Shown here in pieces: positions 10,376-24,482 of a stretch of 64,000 nucleotides of DNA. The notes below the pieces were generated by a model. That model made no database searches, was not told the origin of the DNA, and was given only the letters and a program-made list of their open reading frames with translations. Source of the stretch: Mesotaenium endlicherianum. Its lineage: Eukaryota. The stretch covers positions 89,583 to 153,582 of the forward strand of contig WELA01000730.1 of NCBI GenBank assembly GCA_009602735.1, read 5' to 3'. Position 1 is the first letter of the stretch; each line of letters starts with the position of its first letter. Both the position numbers and the translations under genes were made by a program.

Positions 10376-13238
10376 GAACGTAAGGTGAATCACGATACGC
10401 CAATCGGTTGGCCTGTCACCAAATCAGAAGTCGCAGCTGACCACGAATATGAGTGCCACAATGTACATAGTGGTACATAGTCAAACGGTCTTACTTCTTA
10501 ACACGTAGTAGCTTTCTGTGAGGCCCTGTGAAGGGGTGTTGCATTGCTCTCAGGCAAAGTACCTGCGGGGAGGGCCGTGTGTGGGGAGGGCGAGTGCACG
10601 TTCGCGTGAGCGTGTGTGTGTGGATGGTGATAGTTGACTGGTGTATCCTGCCTGGCATAAGCTTGCCTGCTATTATATGTTTTGGAAAATTTGTCGCATG
10701 TCTTGCGGGCTCTTTGTCGTGGAGAAGCAAAATGCCCCTTCTTTTCAAACAACAAAAAGCAATCGTCAAACTCTAATAACAGTATTTACTTCTATGGTCG
10801 CAAAATGTGCATTCCGTATGATTTGTTGATCTCATTCATCTTTTTGTTTTGTACAGGTACGTTCATGGAGTTGACAAATGGTGGTCAAAAGGGGAAGGAC
10901 GCAAATAGCAACGAGATTAGAAGCAAAAAGAGGAAACCTAATTCTCGGGTCCGGGATGGAATCGGGTTAGGGTGTTTATACTTGATGCGCCCACCTTGGC
11001 AGTCCAGCTGACCACGTGCTTGCTATCAGAGCACTTCCAGCCATGCCAGCCAGTCCAGGGGGGCTTGCTTGTGCTGCCCACTCCAGTAGTGCTGATAGCG
11101 TGCGTGCGTGCGTGAGCATGAGCAGCTGCTCCCATGCAAGCACGCAGCACGTGCGCTGGTTGGCTGACTGGCTGGCTGGCTACGCGGCCGCATGCCACTC
11201 CCTCACTCTTCCTCTCCCTCTCTCCCGGTGCTGCCCTGGATGAGCAGGGAGAGAGAGCGCGGGCGCGTGAGGTGGTGCTCTGCGACGGCTGACCTGCAGC
11301 TGATTGCGCAGACAGGTACGGAGGTGAGTTTTGCGCAACCCCATTCTCATCTTCTTGACGCACCTACAGGGAGGGGATGATGCTGTTTGTGCGCCTCTGC
11401 CAGCCAAGCAGTCGTGCTTTGGCTGGCAATCTCTTCTGGTCACCCCCCTGGCAGAGGTTGGGTTCTTTTGCAGGGTGTGGTTTGAGAGGGGGGGGCGACC
11501 GTGTGAGTGTGCGTGTGCACACACACGTGCTTGTTGGTGAGTAGGTGTGTGGGCGGGCAGGCAGACGCGCCTGCAAATCTACGTCTGTGCTTGCATGCGT
11601 GTATGCATTCTTGTGTGTGCAAGCGTGTGTACGCATGTGTACCCATGCGGGGATGTGTGTGCATTTGTACGTGTCTGTATAGTTTGTGTGGGTGTGTGTG
11701 TGTGTGTGTGATCCTTCTCTCCCCCCCAGTCCTTGGATGATGCTTGCCAATGCGCTCAGCTGTGAGCAGGCGCGCAAGCTTGCATGCTGAGTGTACCTTT
11801 TTTTTGGTGTGTGTGTGTGGCTGTGTGTGGGTGCGTCTGTTTGCATGTGCACGCATGCGTGTGTGGGCGGGAGTGTGGCATGCATGCATGTGTTTGTGCG
11901 CGTATACGCGCACGCGTGCGTGCATGTGTGTGTGTGTGTGTGTCCACGCTTAGGCAAATTATAAGCCCATCGGATATGAACTTCCACCCTGACTTCAACC
12001 CTTTTGTCATACAAGAAGAAACACAAATCAATATGTCTTGTGCTTAATTGGCCTCCGTCCCGTACCTCCACAATCTGCGCTCGGTTTTTTATTTGAAATT
12101 TAACATCTATGTGTCTGTACTGTTTCATACACCATTGCGTCTAGTGGCCACAGTGCATGTCCACTTTGCGTGTCGTTGGCTTGTTGTTCCCTTTGTGTGC
12201 AGGCTCTCCCAAATTTGCTCTCAAGCAAGTTCAGTATTGGCCACATTCATATATGACAAATGTGCAATGCTGACATCAAATCGCTATTGATCATTCTCAT
12301 ACTAATGTATGCTTCCCACCATCCACTTATTGACTTCTTGGTACTTTCTCTGCTCATAAAAGAGCAAGCTGTTCCATTGTAGATCGTAGCAAATACGTAC
12401 TAACATTTATAATTTTAGGAAATCGCATCTACCACCCTCATCCTCGGTACATGCGGAGCTTGTTGTAACTTCATTGGTCGTGCGTCTACCTCTTCTTGCA
12501 TATCTTGCAGGATTGCATATGATTCAATCTTTTCTGTTTTATTGTAGATGCTGATGCTACTGGTTCCTAGAATGGAGTTGAGCTCCAGTGGCCACTATTG
12601 CAAGAAGACTTAGTATGGCCGGCTGGCTGTACGCCGGCTGTACGGTGCTACTTCATACCTTCGGTTGTTGTTTGTTTGGAACTGACTTCTGTATGGAATT
12701 AAGATTATGCACAAGCGCGAATAGAACCAACATGTTGTCTAATCATGCTATTGCCAAGTCCCATAATATTATGATGCGAGGGGGGTAAGAGCAGGTCCTT
12801 TTGCATACCAATCAATATATGCGAATGCGTTGAGAAAGTCTTGCTGTGAGTGAGCACATTTGGCTGCTGCGTGACACTAACAAAAGATCCTGATGTAAAA
12901 CATGCTTTTCCTGAGAGCACTCTCTTTAATTGGATTGTCACGTTCACACAGTAAATATACTATGTTCTGATCTGAATTTTGTAGAAAATGGTTGTACAGT
13001 AGGTACCATGTAGTCCAGACAATCTATATTGCAGAAAAGTCACGAAAGAACCACGTGTAAACTCGTGGGTCCCCGTGATACCACACAACACATGGGCAGT
13101 GGTAACGCCGCTACACCGATGGACTTACAATTTACACATCAAACAGGTGCGCAGACTTACATAAAAAATCCATACTTATATATTCTTTTAAAAGCTCACT
13201 TTGGCTCGGCTACTAGAAGCGTCTACTGTCTACTAGAT

Positions 13239-15112
13239 CTAGGGGAACATGGGTTGCTGCAAAAGGCCACAATCCTCAGGAGCGCCCATCATGATGTTGA
13301 GATTCTGGAGCGCTTGGCCGGAGGCTCCCTTCACCAAGTTGTCAATCTGCAAAAGACTCACGCAAACAGAATGTCATATGTTACCTTCGCAATTTTGTGT
13401 CAGTTAACGCTGCTCGAGGATGAAGCCTCCGTTCCTTCTTCTACGCATAAGGTAGCACAGCATTTGGTGAGGAGCATACAAACAACATGCGCAGCGTTGG
13501 AAACCCTTCAAGATGAGAAAGAGAGAGAGAGTCATGAGAACCATCGCCATTCAAGATGCCAAGACTCTCCTCGCGATTAGAGCAGCAGCCCTGGAAGGGC
13601 GAGGAGAGCGACACCGATTCATTGCCCAACCATCAAATGCCGTCTTCACCGGTGACGTTACCGTCCTACACATATGCCCACGCATGCCAGAAGGAATGCG
13701 GGGCCCAAAGGAATGCGGTATGTCACAAGATCAAAGCAAACCGATGCTGCGTTTCGCGCCAACAGCGACATGACGTGGCCCTACCACAGAGATGATGATG
13801 ACGCGGCCAGGGATGCGGTCGGGGAAGACGGCGAGCACGCAGTAGTTGGAGCCGCGCACCATGCGTGTGGACGGGATGCCGCCCTCAGGCAGCACATTCA
13901 CAAACTCCTCGTCCTAGGAGCGCAGTCAGCAGGGGAAGCAAAGACAAACAAACACGAATCCAAACAAGTAGGGGCAGGGCAGCCGCCTCAAGTACTTTTA
14001 GTGTCGGAGGCTGCCAGTGCTGATCAGCTTCCGGCTGCAGGAAGGACCAGCTCCTAGTCCCTCTAATTCCATGTACTTGTAGCTGGCCACACTCCTTTGC
14101 GACGGAGTGGAGCAGCCTGGTCAGTTGCTTGCAAACTTCCTCCGTGTGGTTGCACTCGAATTCTATTCTCGTTACTGCGCAGACGGCTAAGAGTCAGCGG
14201 GAGAGCAGTCGCGGCGCGGGCTGACATTCACGGTAGCTGCATGAGTGTCAAAGTTGTCTACTTTCTGCCTTCACACTGGCCGGCCCATTTTGTGTGAAGA
14301 TACCTCCACGCTTGCCGGGCAGGCCTGACACGGTCCGAAGGAAACAACTGGGCACAGCACACGTGCAACAAGGGCCAGGCACAAGCCCAGCTCCACAGCT
14401 CCCTGCAGATGCAGTCCAGGAAGTTGAGAGAAAGAAACAAGAAAAGTATATCTCAAAAGGTGCCAGCTGGCAAAAGCCAGAGGGCGGGTGCTCACGTGGA
14501 AGCGGCTGGTGAGGTGGTTCCGGATGTCCGCGACGGAGACACCTGGCTTCATCTGGGCGTAGATGGTGGACTGCATGCCTCGGCTCTGTCCCCGCCATCC
14601 AGCCCCGACCAAATTCACAAGGCAATGGCATTGCGGCTGAGGGCACCACTCGACGGCCCGCAGCACGCAGCCCCCCCATGGCCTGGCCAGCACTACGTCC
14701 CAAGGCGACAAGTCCCAATGCTCACACCCTCCTTTGCCTTGCCCTCAAAGGATGCGAATGGAGATGAGGCGAAAGGCAGCAGAGAGTAGATACAGAAAGG
14801 GAGCAGGAAGCAGAGAGCAGAGGGGGAAAGAGTTGGAAGAGAGAAGAACAGAGCAGAGAGCGGACATTAGAGGAGCGGCAGAGAGTTGGAAGAGAGCAGA
14901 GCAGAGCAGAGAGCGGAATTAAAAAGCAGAGGGGCAGAGAAATGAAAGCAGAGAGCAGAGAGCAGAGCATGCGGAGGCGGGCGGGCCGGGNTGCACATGA
15001 GGTGGGGCGTGAAGCTGACGGTGACGGCGCCGCCCGCAAACTCCGCCAGCCCCTGCTCGATCTCCGGCACTGCAGCACGCCGCATTTGGCATCCGTCCAT
15101 CCATCCCGCCGT

Positions 15113-15145
<33 letters not shown>

Positions 15146-16043
15146 CAGATGTCACGGCCAAGCACAGCCCACCATTCTCACTATAGATCACGAGTATCAC
15201 AGTGGCCCCCCTCGCACACAGCTGCTGGCAGCTGAGCAACGGCCGCCACCGTTGAGCATCCCCACGCACGTTCCCAGTGAGCGCGCACAGGCAGGGGAAC
15301 TGCCAGCTGCAGTACACTTTGTGCAGCTCTGGCTCAGAGCCCACACTTGTATGCGTTGCCCCCCCCACATGCACCTAAGGATGACGGGGGGCAGCCCCAC
15401 GGAGACCAGTGCTATCACACCTCAAACACAAGGGTGGCCTCGATTGAGGCTGTCCTCTAGACTGCAAAGAAAAGGACACGTCATTGCTATGAGAGACAGG
15501 GGGGGGAAACCGGAAGGGCAGGTGGCAGGCCAGGCGGTGGGGGGGAGGGGGGGAGCCAACCGTGGCGGTGGTTGGTGAGGCCGTAGGAGTTGATGCCCTC
15601 TGCAATCTCCGTGTACAGGTTGGACTCCTTGGCGCCCCGCCCTGCACGCCCACACGCAGGGCACAGCCAGCTGCCAGGTGTCACGCCCCCAGGCCTGCCC
15701 CTGCCTCAGCCCGCCCAAAGTCACACTCCTGCCAGATGCAATTCCAGTTTTCCAGCTTTTCTTGCTGGTGCAGGTGCTGCCCTGTCACACAGCCGGCCTT
15801 ATTCTATCCAGAGGAAACCAGGCTGGAATGGCCCAGCGGAGCAAACGGCTTCTCGAGAGTTGGCGGCTCGACAAAATTGCTGAAGGGTTGTTGGCTGGAA
15901 AACAAAAGCTGGGCGAAAGCTGCAAAGGGAGAGATCTCTTCCCGCACACACCTTGAGCGTCACAGGGCCAGGCCATGTGCATGTGCATGTTCGTGTGTGC
16001 ATGTGTGGATGTGTATGTGTGCGTGGCTTTGTATGTCTGTGTG

Positions 16044-16078
<35 letters not shown>

Positions 16079-19000
16079 TAGCAACTTGGCAAGAGCAATT
16101 GAAAACAGAAGCAGGCGACATAACACGTAGCGCGAGAGGTTGGCAGCAAGGCGCACTCTTACCTGCCCCGCTGACGCCGGACTTGGCATCGATGATAATT
16201 CCATCCCTCTCAATCAGGCCCCCCTGCGCAGCGGCAGCGGCGGCAGAAGCAGGACAACAAGCATGCACACACGCACAGACCCGCACACGAGCAGGGAGGA
16301 AGCTTCAGGCTGGCGTCGCTCCCCTCGCCTCCAAGAGAAGAAAACACCGCCAGCGGGATTCCAGGAGGAGGCCAATATCAGAAGCCATGCTGGCGTGGCA
16401 GGATGTGCTGGCAGGTTGTGACTGCACGGTGCACAGAAGCTCACAATCTCTATTTCCTGAGCTCCCCTGCGGGCGCGGCTGCCAGGCTCACAGACATGGC
16501 TTCTAAGCCCGGGAGCGGGGTGCCATATTCCCCTCCCAAGGTTCTCCAACTCGCCAGTGAGCTTGTTATTGCTACTCCACCACGGATTGGCCCATGCCAG
16601 AGGAAGAGCGACTGCTGCAATGCTGCTGCTGCTGCTGCTGCATTCTCACTAAGGTCCAGGGCTCGCCCTCGCTACATGTGAAGTTACATCAACTGATTCG
16701 TGAGGCAGAACTGTTCTTCCGCATCATCGTGGTCTGTAAAGGATAAGCTTTGTTTCCAAAAAGGACCCTGTCATGTCTCCAGACGTGCAGGCAAAGAAAC
16801 ACCAGGGTGAGTGGGGTGGGTGGGTGAGAATGAGTGGGCTGCCGCAAAGTGAGTGTCATCGCCGTCACTCACCTGGAAGAGGGGGATGAGGGGGAGCTGC
16901 ACCGTGGTGGGGTAGCACCCCGGGTTGGCCACCTGCAGACACACACACACGCACACACGCACGCACGCGCACCATCGTGCCATCATCCCGCAAGCCCATG
17001 CTCATGCCATGAAGCCCATGCAGTCACCATGCCGTCATTCTGGTGCACATACAGCACACAGGCACGAGTCGCCAACTTACAAGGGGCCCATGGCTAGTGA
17101 AAGCTCCCAACGCCCGGGGAAGCAACTGCCAACAGATAAAGCCCCCGAGATTTGCCTTCAAGCCAGCCCCTGTGAGGGGGTGGATGGCAACACGCGAGGC
17201 TAGGGCAGCAACAATTGCGGAAAGGGTGGAATGCTGGCGTGCTAGGAGGGTGATGGCCTTTTGGCCTGACTAGACCTCAGGAAGTCACCAGCGCAGACAG
17301 CCAAGCCACGCCGCCCTTCTTCTTCACGTGGCTGCTTCCCTGGTCCTGTTCCCCTGACTTTCTCTCCCTTCACTCTCTCTTCCTCACTCACGCACGCCTC
17401 CTGTGGAGACAGGAGAGCCTGGCTTCCACACAGGTTCTTCTCGCAACAAGCTACTATAGAAGTGTTCAGACGAGCCAACCGACCGTTTAATTTCTGCGCA
17501 TGAGCGGGAGGGGGGAGACGGGAGGGGGTAAAGGGAAGGGGGTAGAGGGGAGGAGGGAGGGCGGAGAGGGGGGGGGCAAAGGGCAGGGAGGGTCAAGTGA
17601 GAGAGATCGGGGAGGGCGGTACCAAGCGGGCCTCTCTGACTTGCTCCCTGTACACCTCTGTCAGCCCATACACGGCCTCCTTCTGCTCACCGTCACAACA
17701 CGTCGACATGTTAGCATACTCATATAAAAGGCAATACAGGCAAGCTCGTGAGAGCGACACACATGGCAAGCCCACACTTTCCCCTAGAGCCCAGCAGAGG
17801 ATGCCTGCTGCATGTTCCCATCGGTACCTGAAGCATGGGTGGCTTTAAACTCTCTGCCGGTCCAAGCAACTACTCTCCCTACAGGCCTGGTGGTATTTTT
17901 AATTAAAGTCGTAAGGAGCACTGTGGAACCCTACGGAGCCGCATAAGGAGGAGGAGCAGGAGCAGGATCCAAACCAATAACCGCTTCTTTTTGCCCCCTC
18001 AGATCTTGCCTCTCATAGCTGACATGCCAACCCCCCCCAGTAGACTTACCCCCTGTCTACCATATCTGAAGCCTCCACCCTCTTCCTTCTCTCCACCTTC
18101 CACCCTCTTCCTCCCGCCCCCCTCTTCCTCCCTCCCTCTTACAAAATTTAAAGTAAAAAATATGTGGAAAATTATACAAAAAAACAAATTAAATATTTAA
18201 GTAAAATTATGGTATGTAAATTATACAAAAAAAAAAACAAAAATTTTAAAAGTCCAAAAGTTTTGTAAAAAAGATACAAGAAAAAAGGTGCAAAGTTAAG
18301 TTTTGAGAATACCAAAAAGTAGTATGTGTGCTGTCGATCCTGGAGTCCTCAGCAGGCATACAGAGAAAAGTTGATAGACAGGTAGGCAGGTAGGGGCAAG
18401 GGGAGTGGTGCATCCACCCCTGGAGCCCTCAGCAAGCATGCAGACGAGACTCTATTGATCAGAAGGCAGGGGCAGCTGTGCACCCACCTGCAGCTCAGGA
18501 GCCCTGTGCTGGCCCTTGTACCACACCTCGTACTCGTCGGTGTCCCGCAGCCTGAAGTCCTGCAACGATATCGAAACCAGCAGACGGCACTCAGGTTGCA
18601 TGCATGCGGATCGGGGCTGTCCGCAAGGGATGCGTGCTCTAGAGTCACACATACTCCCTAATTGCGCACAAGTTGTTGATTGTGCACAAGAGTAAACCCC
18701 ACATCCGCCCAGATCATCCTCACCTCCCACAACGGCAGGGGAGCCTCTTTGACCATTGAGCCCCCTGATTGGTTGCCACCTGGCATGAACGATGCCAAAT
18801 GAGGGCTCCGGGGGCACGCTCGAAAGTGCCCCACCCCTTCCCCCCACACTACATGGCCACTTCCAATCTCATCGTGTCCAACCCAGGCTCCACTGGTGGT
18901 TGTCCCAAGATATGTTTCCAGATAACGTATGACGTTTATACTATCTGCTTTAAGCACCACTGTGCAAGTGCTAAAGTTGGCCCGAAAGAATGAAACATAT

Positions 19001-20517
19001 GACTATGCTGCTATGCATAGCATGAATAGCTCGGTTAAGTGGTGCAAAAGGGAGCTAGATTATAACAAGCGACCTGGCTCTTGATGTGTAAAATACTGTG
19101 ACACAAACAGCCTTTCCTGCAGCTTCTGCCGAGGACGAAACGTCCCCTCCAATACAAAATTTACTCCAAAAAAAAGTGCAACATGAACTGCCCTTCAGAA
19201 ATAAGCCGTACTTCAAAGTTAGCATCCTTACAGCTGAGAGGTCAACGACTTTGAGGTGCTTGGGCAGAGCTGCAATAATCTCCTGTGTGGTCCCGTGAGG
19301 GAGGCAGCAGAAGACTGCATCCACTTGGTCGAAGTCGGCGTCTTTAACGGCCACCATGTTTGGCAAAGACTGTTCACCAAATTCCTCCACCCGCACGGCT
19401 CATCAAACCATGAGCTTGTGTGCACATGTGTCTGCTTTCTAAATATTTGCTCCAGCTTTCCTTATTTTTATTGCTTGAGCGCCAGAAAGATGGGTGATGG
19501 GGGGGGGNAAAGAGGAAGCATACATGAAATGGGACCATAGTTAATATGCATTCTCACACAAAAAAGCAGGTCACATTTAAGACAAACTTCAGAGGTAAAT
19601 TTGGCAGCAGCCAGTCGTCAACAGGACTGCTTTAGTTGCTAAGTCACCTGAGTCATTAAGTGAGGAAAGACTGTGTGGAGCGCCTGCCCAGCCTTGCGAT
19701 CAGCTGTCATCAGCGTCACACTGAAGAAGGGATGTGTTGCCAGCAAGCGCACGATCTGCACACAAGCTATGCAAATCGTCAATAGAGCCCATTGACGAGC
19801 TCACAGGTGGGGGAAAATAATCCTCAATGATCAACAAGCCGCATGAGCTATGGCTCCCACATCTCCACTGCTGCTCAATCAAAATTTAAGGTGACAGATA
19901 TTAAAGCTCATTTCACAGGCTCAGTTTCCCAGATGATGAGGTTGAAGGCCTAGTTGTATATGTACCTCAGCCCCGGTGTAACCACTGGCTCCTAGCACAC
20001 CCACTCTGACTGTCTCCCCAAGCTTCAACTTGTGCTGTTGAGGTACAGCAGATGGTGCGGCTATGGCCATAGTCACACGGGGTGACATGACGCGTTTGCG
20101 AGCAAGTGGCATTGAAATGGAGGCACCATTGAAGCTCGACGAAGAAGAGCCCCCTTGCACCTGAGCTCAACCTCAAAAACCAGGCAGACAAAGCTCAATT
20201 TTTTACTACAGAGCAATCAATCAAACAACAAAGTGTATGCTAAGTGGATGAAATTTGTGATATGTGCACATAAAAGACGTGAAGATATTATAATCCAGAT
20301 ATTGTGGGCCTCATGCAACGGTAAAAGAATGTACTGCAGCTCCATACCTTCCCCGAGTAATTGGCCTATAGAAATCACATTAGCGTCTAGTCGGAATTTT
20401 CTCCCCGCAAAACATATCACGAAGGGAGACACCGAGTAAAGGAGAGAATATAGGTACCTTGGCAAATGCTGCCTGTTGTAAGAGGACAGAACCAGATGTC
20501 GAGGCTATCGATGCCAT
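13239..20517 (-). CDS. argC: N-acetyl-gamma-glutamyl-phosphate reductase, plastid-targeted (~13 exons)
   Basis: ATG at 20517 followed by a Ser-rich transit peptide. Motifs: [55 protein letters not shown] (catalytic Cys), [61 protein letters not shown] (stop 13239-13241). Confidence 0.97.
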
Positions 20518-21220
20518 GGTATCTGCACACTCTAATGTAAATAAAATAAGGTAAAGACGTTAGGTAACTATTTCGCAGACCAAAGGAGCCCACACATAAG
20601 CTGTAAGACGAAACTTGAAATTTGCATGCAGATGAGCTGGAGGTAATGGATGAGAAAGTTAACCTTGCTCCCGAATGCTTCTTGTCAGATGTAGACTATA
20701 CTGAACTAAGCTCGCTTTAGCTTAAGTTCAGTTGAGCTTAAGTCTCTAGTTCGTGAGTTCTTACGCTTTCACTTGAAAGAAGCAAGTTTCAACTCTGGTG
20801 TCGCGCCTGCACTCCCCTTACATGAGTCGATCTGCATTGGTCTCGACTCTGCATTGCATTACTGTATTTAGACCTGATATCTCTGGCAGTCTGATGACGC
20901 GACGAGGCGGAGCGGCCGGATTTGATTGATATACATATATATCGTCAGCGAAATATATTAATAATCTCGGTGTGGCTTTTATCATGTTTCGCGACCTTGT
21001 TTTATTTGGTCAAATCCTTGAAACTTATTACGACTAGTTACGCCGTTACAATGTCCGCCAGCCAGACACAGCACTCGTCATGAGCCCACTATGAAACGAC
21101 CGAGGATTTCTGATGAAGGTATTTATCGAGGTTGCTTTAAAGATATATTGTCACTGCAGAGAACTCCGGAGACAGAGTATATGAAACATCCTAAACCATA
21201 AGAAGCACAGGTGAGAAAAA

Positions 21221-24200
21221 ATGAACAGTCAAAATCCGAGAGGTTCCTCGGGTGCGCTTGTGGGGGAGGAGCTGGAAAAGAAGAAGAAAAAACGAAAATC
21301 TGGCAGTGGACAGGGTGCGCTGCAGAGTAAGGAGAGCTCAGATGTACACCAGATCGATGACGGACCAGTCGAGAGGGGCGAAGGGACTAGCGGTAGAAAA
21401 TTAGAAAGCCAGTATGCATGTAAGAAGGTTACTGTGTCGCATGTCTTGGAGCCAAAAGGAGGGCAAGCAGCGCCTTATGTGTGCTATTTCCCTTCTGGAT
21501 TCACACCCCGGAAGAACGTACCACGTGGCGGAGATGCAGAGGCTGGACACACGAATGACGTGCAATTTACAGGTTACCAAGCAAGTACTAGAGCGAAGAA
21601 AAAGAAGCACATATTAGTCGCTGAGACAGAGAAGGTGCAGTATACAGGGAAAAGCCACGATGCAGAGATGCAAGGATGGCATCCCGGTCAGCTTGCACTG
21701 GGGATCTATGATAAGACGTCGGGCACTTTGCAGCTGATGCCTGTCGCTGCAGACAAGGTACACTTCTTATGTCTAAAGCATGCACTCATGCCTCAGCAAA
21801 AGCTTACTGATTGTGAGCTTTCTGTATTATAGTGGTACTATGGCCATCCCCCAAGCAATTCTTCCCTCGGACAATTTGCTTGCATTCCTTGTATGGCTGC
21901 TGCAGTATTCCTCCCATCTCATGCCTCTGAAGGCGTGCATAAAATAGTGACCTGCAGACTTAAGAAAATGATGCAGCCTATTGTTATGCAGACTCCACGA
22001 AGAAGAATGAACATTGCATAAGCCTAGTCACCCCCCTAAACCTCAGAACGTCGTGCCCTTTGACGAGCCAATGTTCTGAAGGATTCATAATTCTGAGTGG
22101 CCTTCACCTTTCTTCTTATCACCTTCAACGTGCACTAGGCGATATGAATGAGTACAGAGCAACGTACAGTCCGTGACTGTTACATGAGCACTAGCATACT
22201 GACGTGGGGATGGCATGGTGCAGCCTGATGTTTCCAAGGCCCTCTCCTTGCATACATCTTCCACCGTCACTTACGGGACTCTTTTGGGCTTGTTCGCCCT
22301 AAACTCCCAACACTTGCTCGGGGGGGAGACTGGGTACTCCTGATTCTGCGAATTCAGGTTCTTGTTGAATGATGAGTACTCGGTAATCAGTACCCACCGT
22401 GTCACTCACTGCAACCATGGTAACACTCCTCTGTCAGAGTTTCCGGCCAGGGTTCGGGGCCGGGGTTTTGGGCCAGGGTTTTGGCTGGGGTTTAAGGTTT
22501 CCCTTGAACGCTCTTTTCGTCAGATCCTGACTTCAGTATCGGGGGGGTGTGGTTTCAGCTGTTGAGGATGGATGCGAGGGTGAAGGCAGTGGATTACAAT
22601 GACAAGGCAGCAGAGCAGCACATCGAAGAAGAGGAGGAGGACGACGAGGCCTTGCGCAAGAGGCGCCTGCAGCAGCGCAAGAACCTGACGGAGGCGTTTG
22701 GCAGCAAGAAGAGAAAGGCCGACGTGAGTGCTCTCTTTCACGCCCTGTGCATCCTCGGCTGCTTAGCGCTTTGGTAGCATGGTGGCAAGTAGCCACTGTG
22801 CACTTGTCAAGTTCACACAGGCCATGCAAGTAGGCTCTGATCTGCTGGACACCAGCCAGCTACCTAGTGGGAGCTCCAGCACGCTTTGCACGGGGGCTCT
22901 TCCAGTGACCCTGGATGTGTTCCTTACACTCCCCATGCTTGCCTCGCGAAAGCGCATGCGCTGCTTATCTCTGGCCTGGACAATGACTGTCGTTCAACTG
23001 TCGCTGTTTGAAGAGTCGTCTGAAGCTGTACCCGCTGAAAGAGCAAAGTAGCAAATTCTTGCAAGGGGTCGTGGTTCGCTCCGCGGTCCACCAAGAGAGA
23101 AGTGATCACCGTGAAGAAGGGGGTTTGGGAGCTGGGGTTTTGTCTCTGCAGGCCCTGGCTCTGGAGAGAGGAGCCATCGACGGCGACAGGGTGGAAGCTG
23201 CGCAGGCCGTGCAGGACCTGTTCCAAGCAGCGGCCAACCAGAGGGGCACAGTGACTCGCGAGGACTTGGAGCAGAGGATGAGCGAGGCCGTGGAGCGCAA
23301 CATCCCGCCTCACGATCTGAGCGCCACCACGCCGGAGGGGGCGTATCCCATCGACAGCCTGGTCTCGAGAGAGGAGGCGGCGGCTCTTCGGGTTGAGAGC
23401 GTGCTGGGAGCTGCTGCCGACCCGGTCAAGGTGGCCAACATCAAGAAGGGGCGCTTCTACAAGACCAGCATCAAGAACAGGATCCACCAGCTCGCCCTTC
23501 CTGTAAGCATTCTCTCAGATTTTTTGTTCTAGTTTTTCTAGTTTTTTCACCTTTTTTTTTTTTTTGGGTGCCTGGTGCAACTCACACGCATCGCAATGGC
23601 AAGGACACGGCTCTGTGGAGGTCACGCCAGCTGGCAAGGGGGGGGGGGGGAGAAATTTTTTGTACCTGCTGTGCCACTGAGTGGCACCCTTTTGCTGTCG
23701 CTCATAGCAGATAGAAAGCAAGTGCTGTTGACAACTCTATTCGTGAATTTCCTTGGGCCCAAGGCTACTTTTTTGCAAGTACCATGTGCATCCATAGAAA
23801 GGAGGTGCTTGTTTCTCAATCGTGTAAGTGGGGCCGTTGACATTCACTTCTCAGCGACCACTAAGTCAGTGCTGTGAGGAGGAGCTTCATCGGAGCTTCA
23901 TCGGTCCTGACATCTGGCATGCGCCTCGTCTGCGCTGGCCTGCAGGGCGACAAGGTGGGCAACGAATCGCGAGCCTCTGCTCTGCTCTACCTCAACTGCC
24001 TCCTCAAGTTCTACAGCTTTCCGCCAGACCTGGTCTTCAGGCAGACTGTCAAAAAGCCCGCAGAGGGCGACCTGGCGTCTGCAGAGCCTGGGAGTAAGCA
24101 GGACAGTGTGGAGGTCAAGATCATCTCTGACTTTGAAAGCATATCAGCGCTCACGTCGATACCCCTCATTGTCCTCGAGCGGTTTGTCTCGCTGTTTGCG

Positions 24201-24482
24201 GAACGGGCACAAGGCGAGGGCGGGTATAGGCGACCCAAGCACTGCGAGCAGCTGCTTCTGGGCTACATTCTCATTCTGTGTCTCACAGTCGACTGCTACA
24301 GCAGCGATCCTAGCGACTTAGCCAAAGACCTCAAGCGGCCTATAGCACAGCTGGTCCCCTACTACCGGGCGTTAGGCTGCAAGGTTGATAGAAAGGCTGT
24401 GAAAGGCAGCGAGACGATATATAGGGCAACTCTCCCCGTGCCTCTCACCCTGCCCAAAGTACGGCTTGCTCCCAAGAAGTGA
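21221..24482 (+). CDS. RPA49: RNA polymerase I subunit A49/PAF53 family (4 exons)
   Basis: Exons 21221-~21757, ~22559-22723, ~23152-23502, ~23946-24482. Motifs: YVCYFPSGF, LVAETEKVQYTG, ALGIYDKTSGTLQLMP, LTEAFGSKKRK, IPPHDLSATTPEGAYPIDSLV, and a C-terminal tWH-like YYRALGCKV..ATLPVPLTLP. The N-terminus is Lys-rich (NLS-like). Confidence 0.85.

Noticed and set aside
14586..14999. Apparent missing microexon in argC (phase mismatch between HLM and SRGM)
   Set aside because: The exon reads CTC ATG TGC A straight into the single N at 14991. It most simply continues as HLMCM, with the true donor hidden in a collapsed gap.
18650..18990. LINE RNase H-like fragment in an argC intron ([21 protein letters not shown])
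   Set aside because: Similarity is limited to two short peptides in different frames and cannot be supported without a profile search.
22449..22502. Interstitial telomere-like repeats in an RPA49 intron
   Set aside because: Only a few irregular GGGTTTT-like units with no constant period; consistent with the G-rich pre-acceptor composition seen in other introns.
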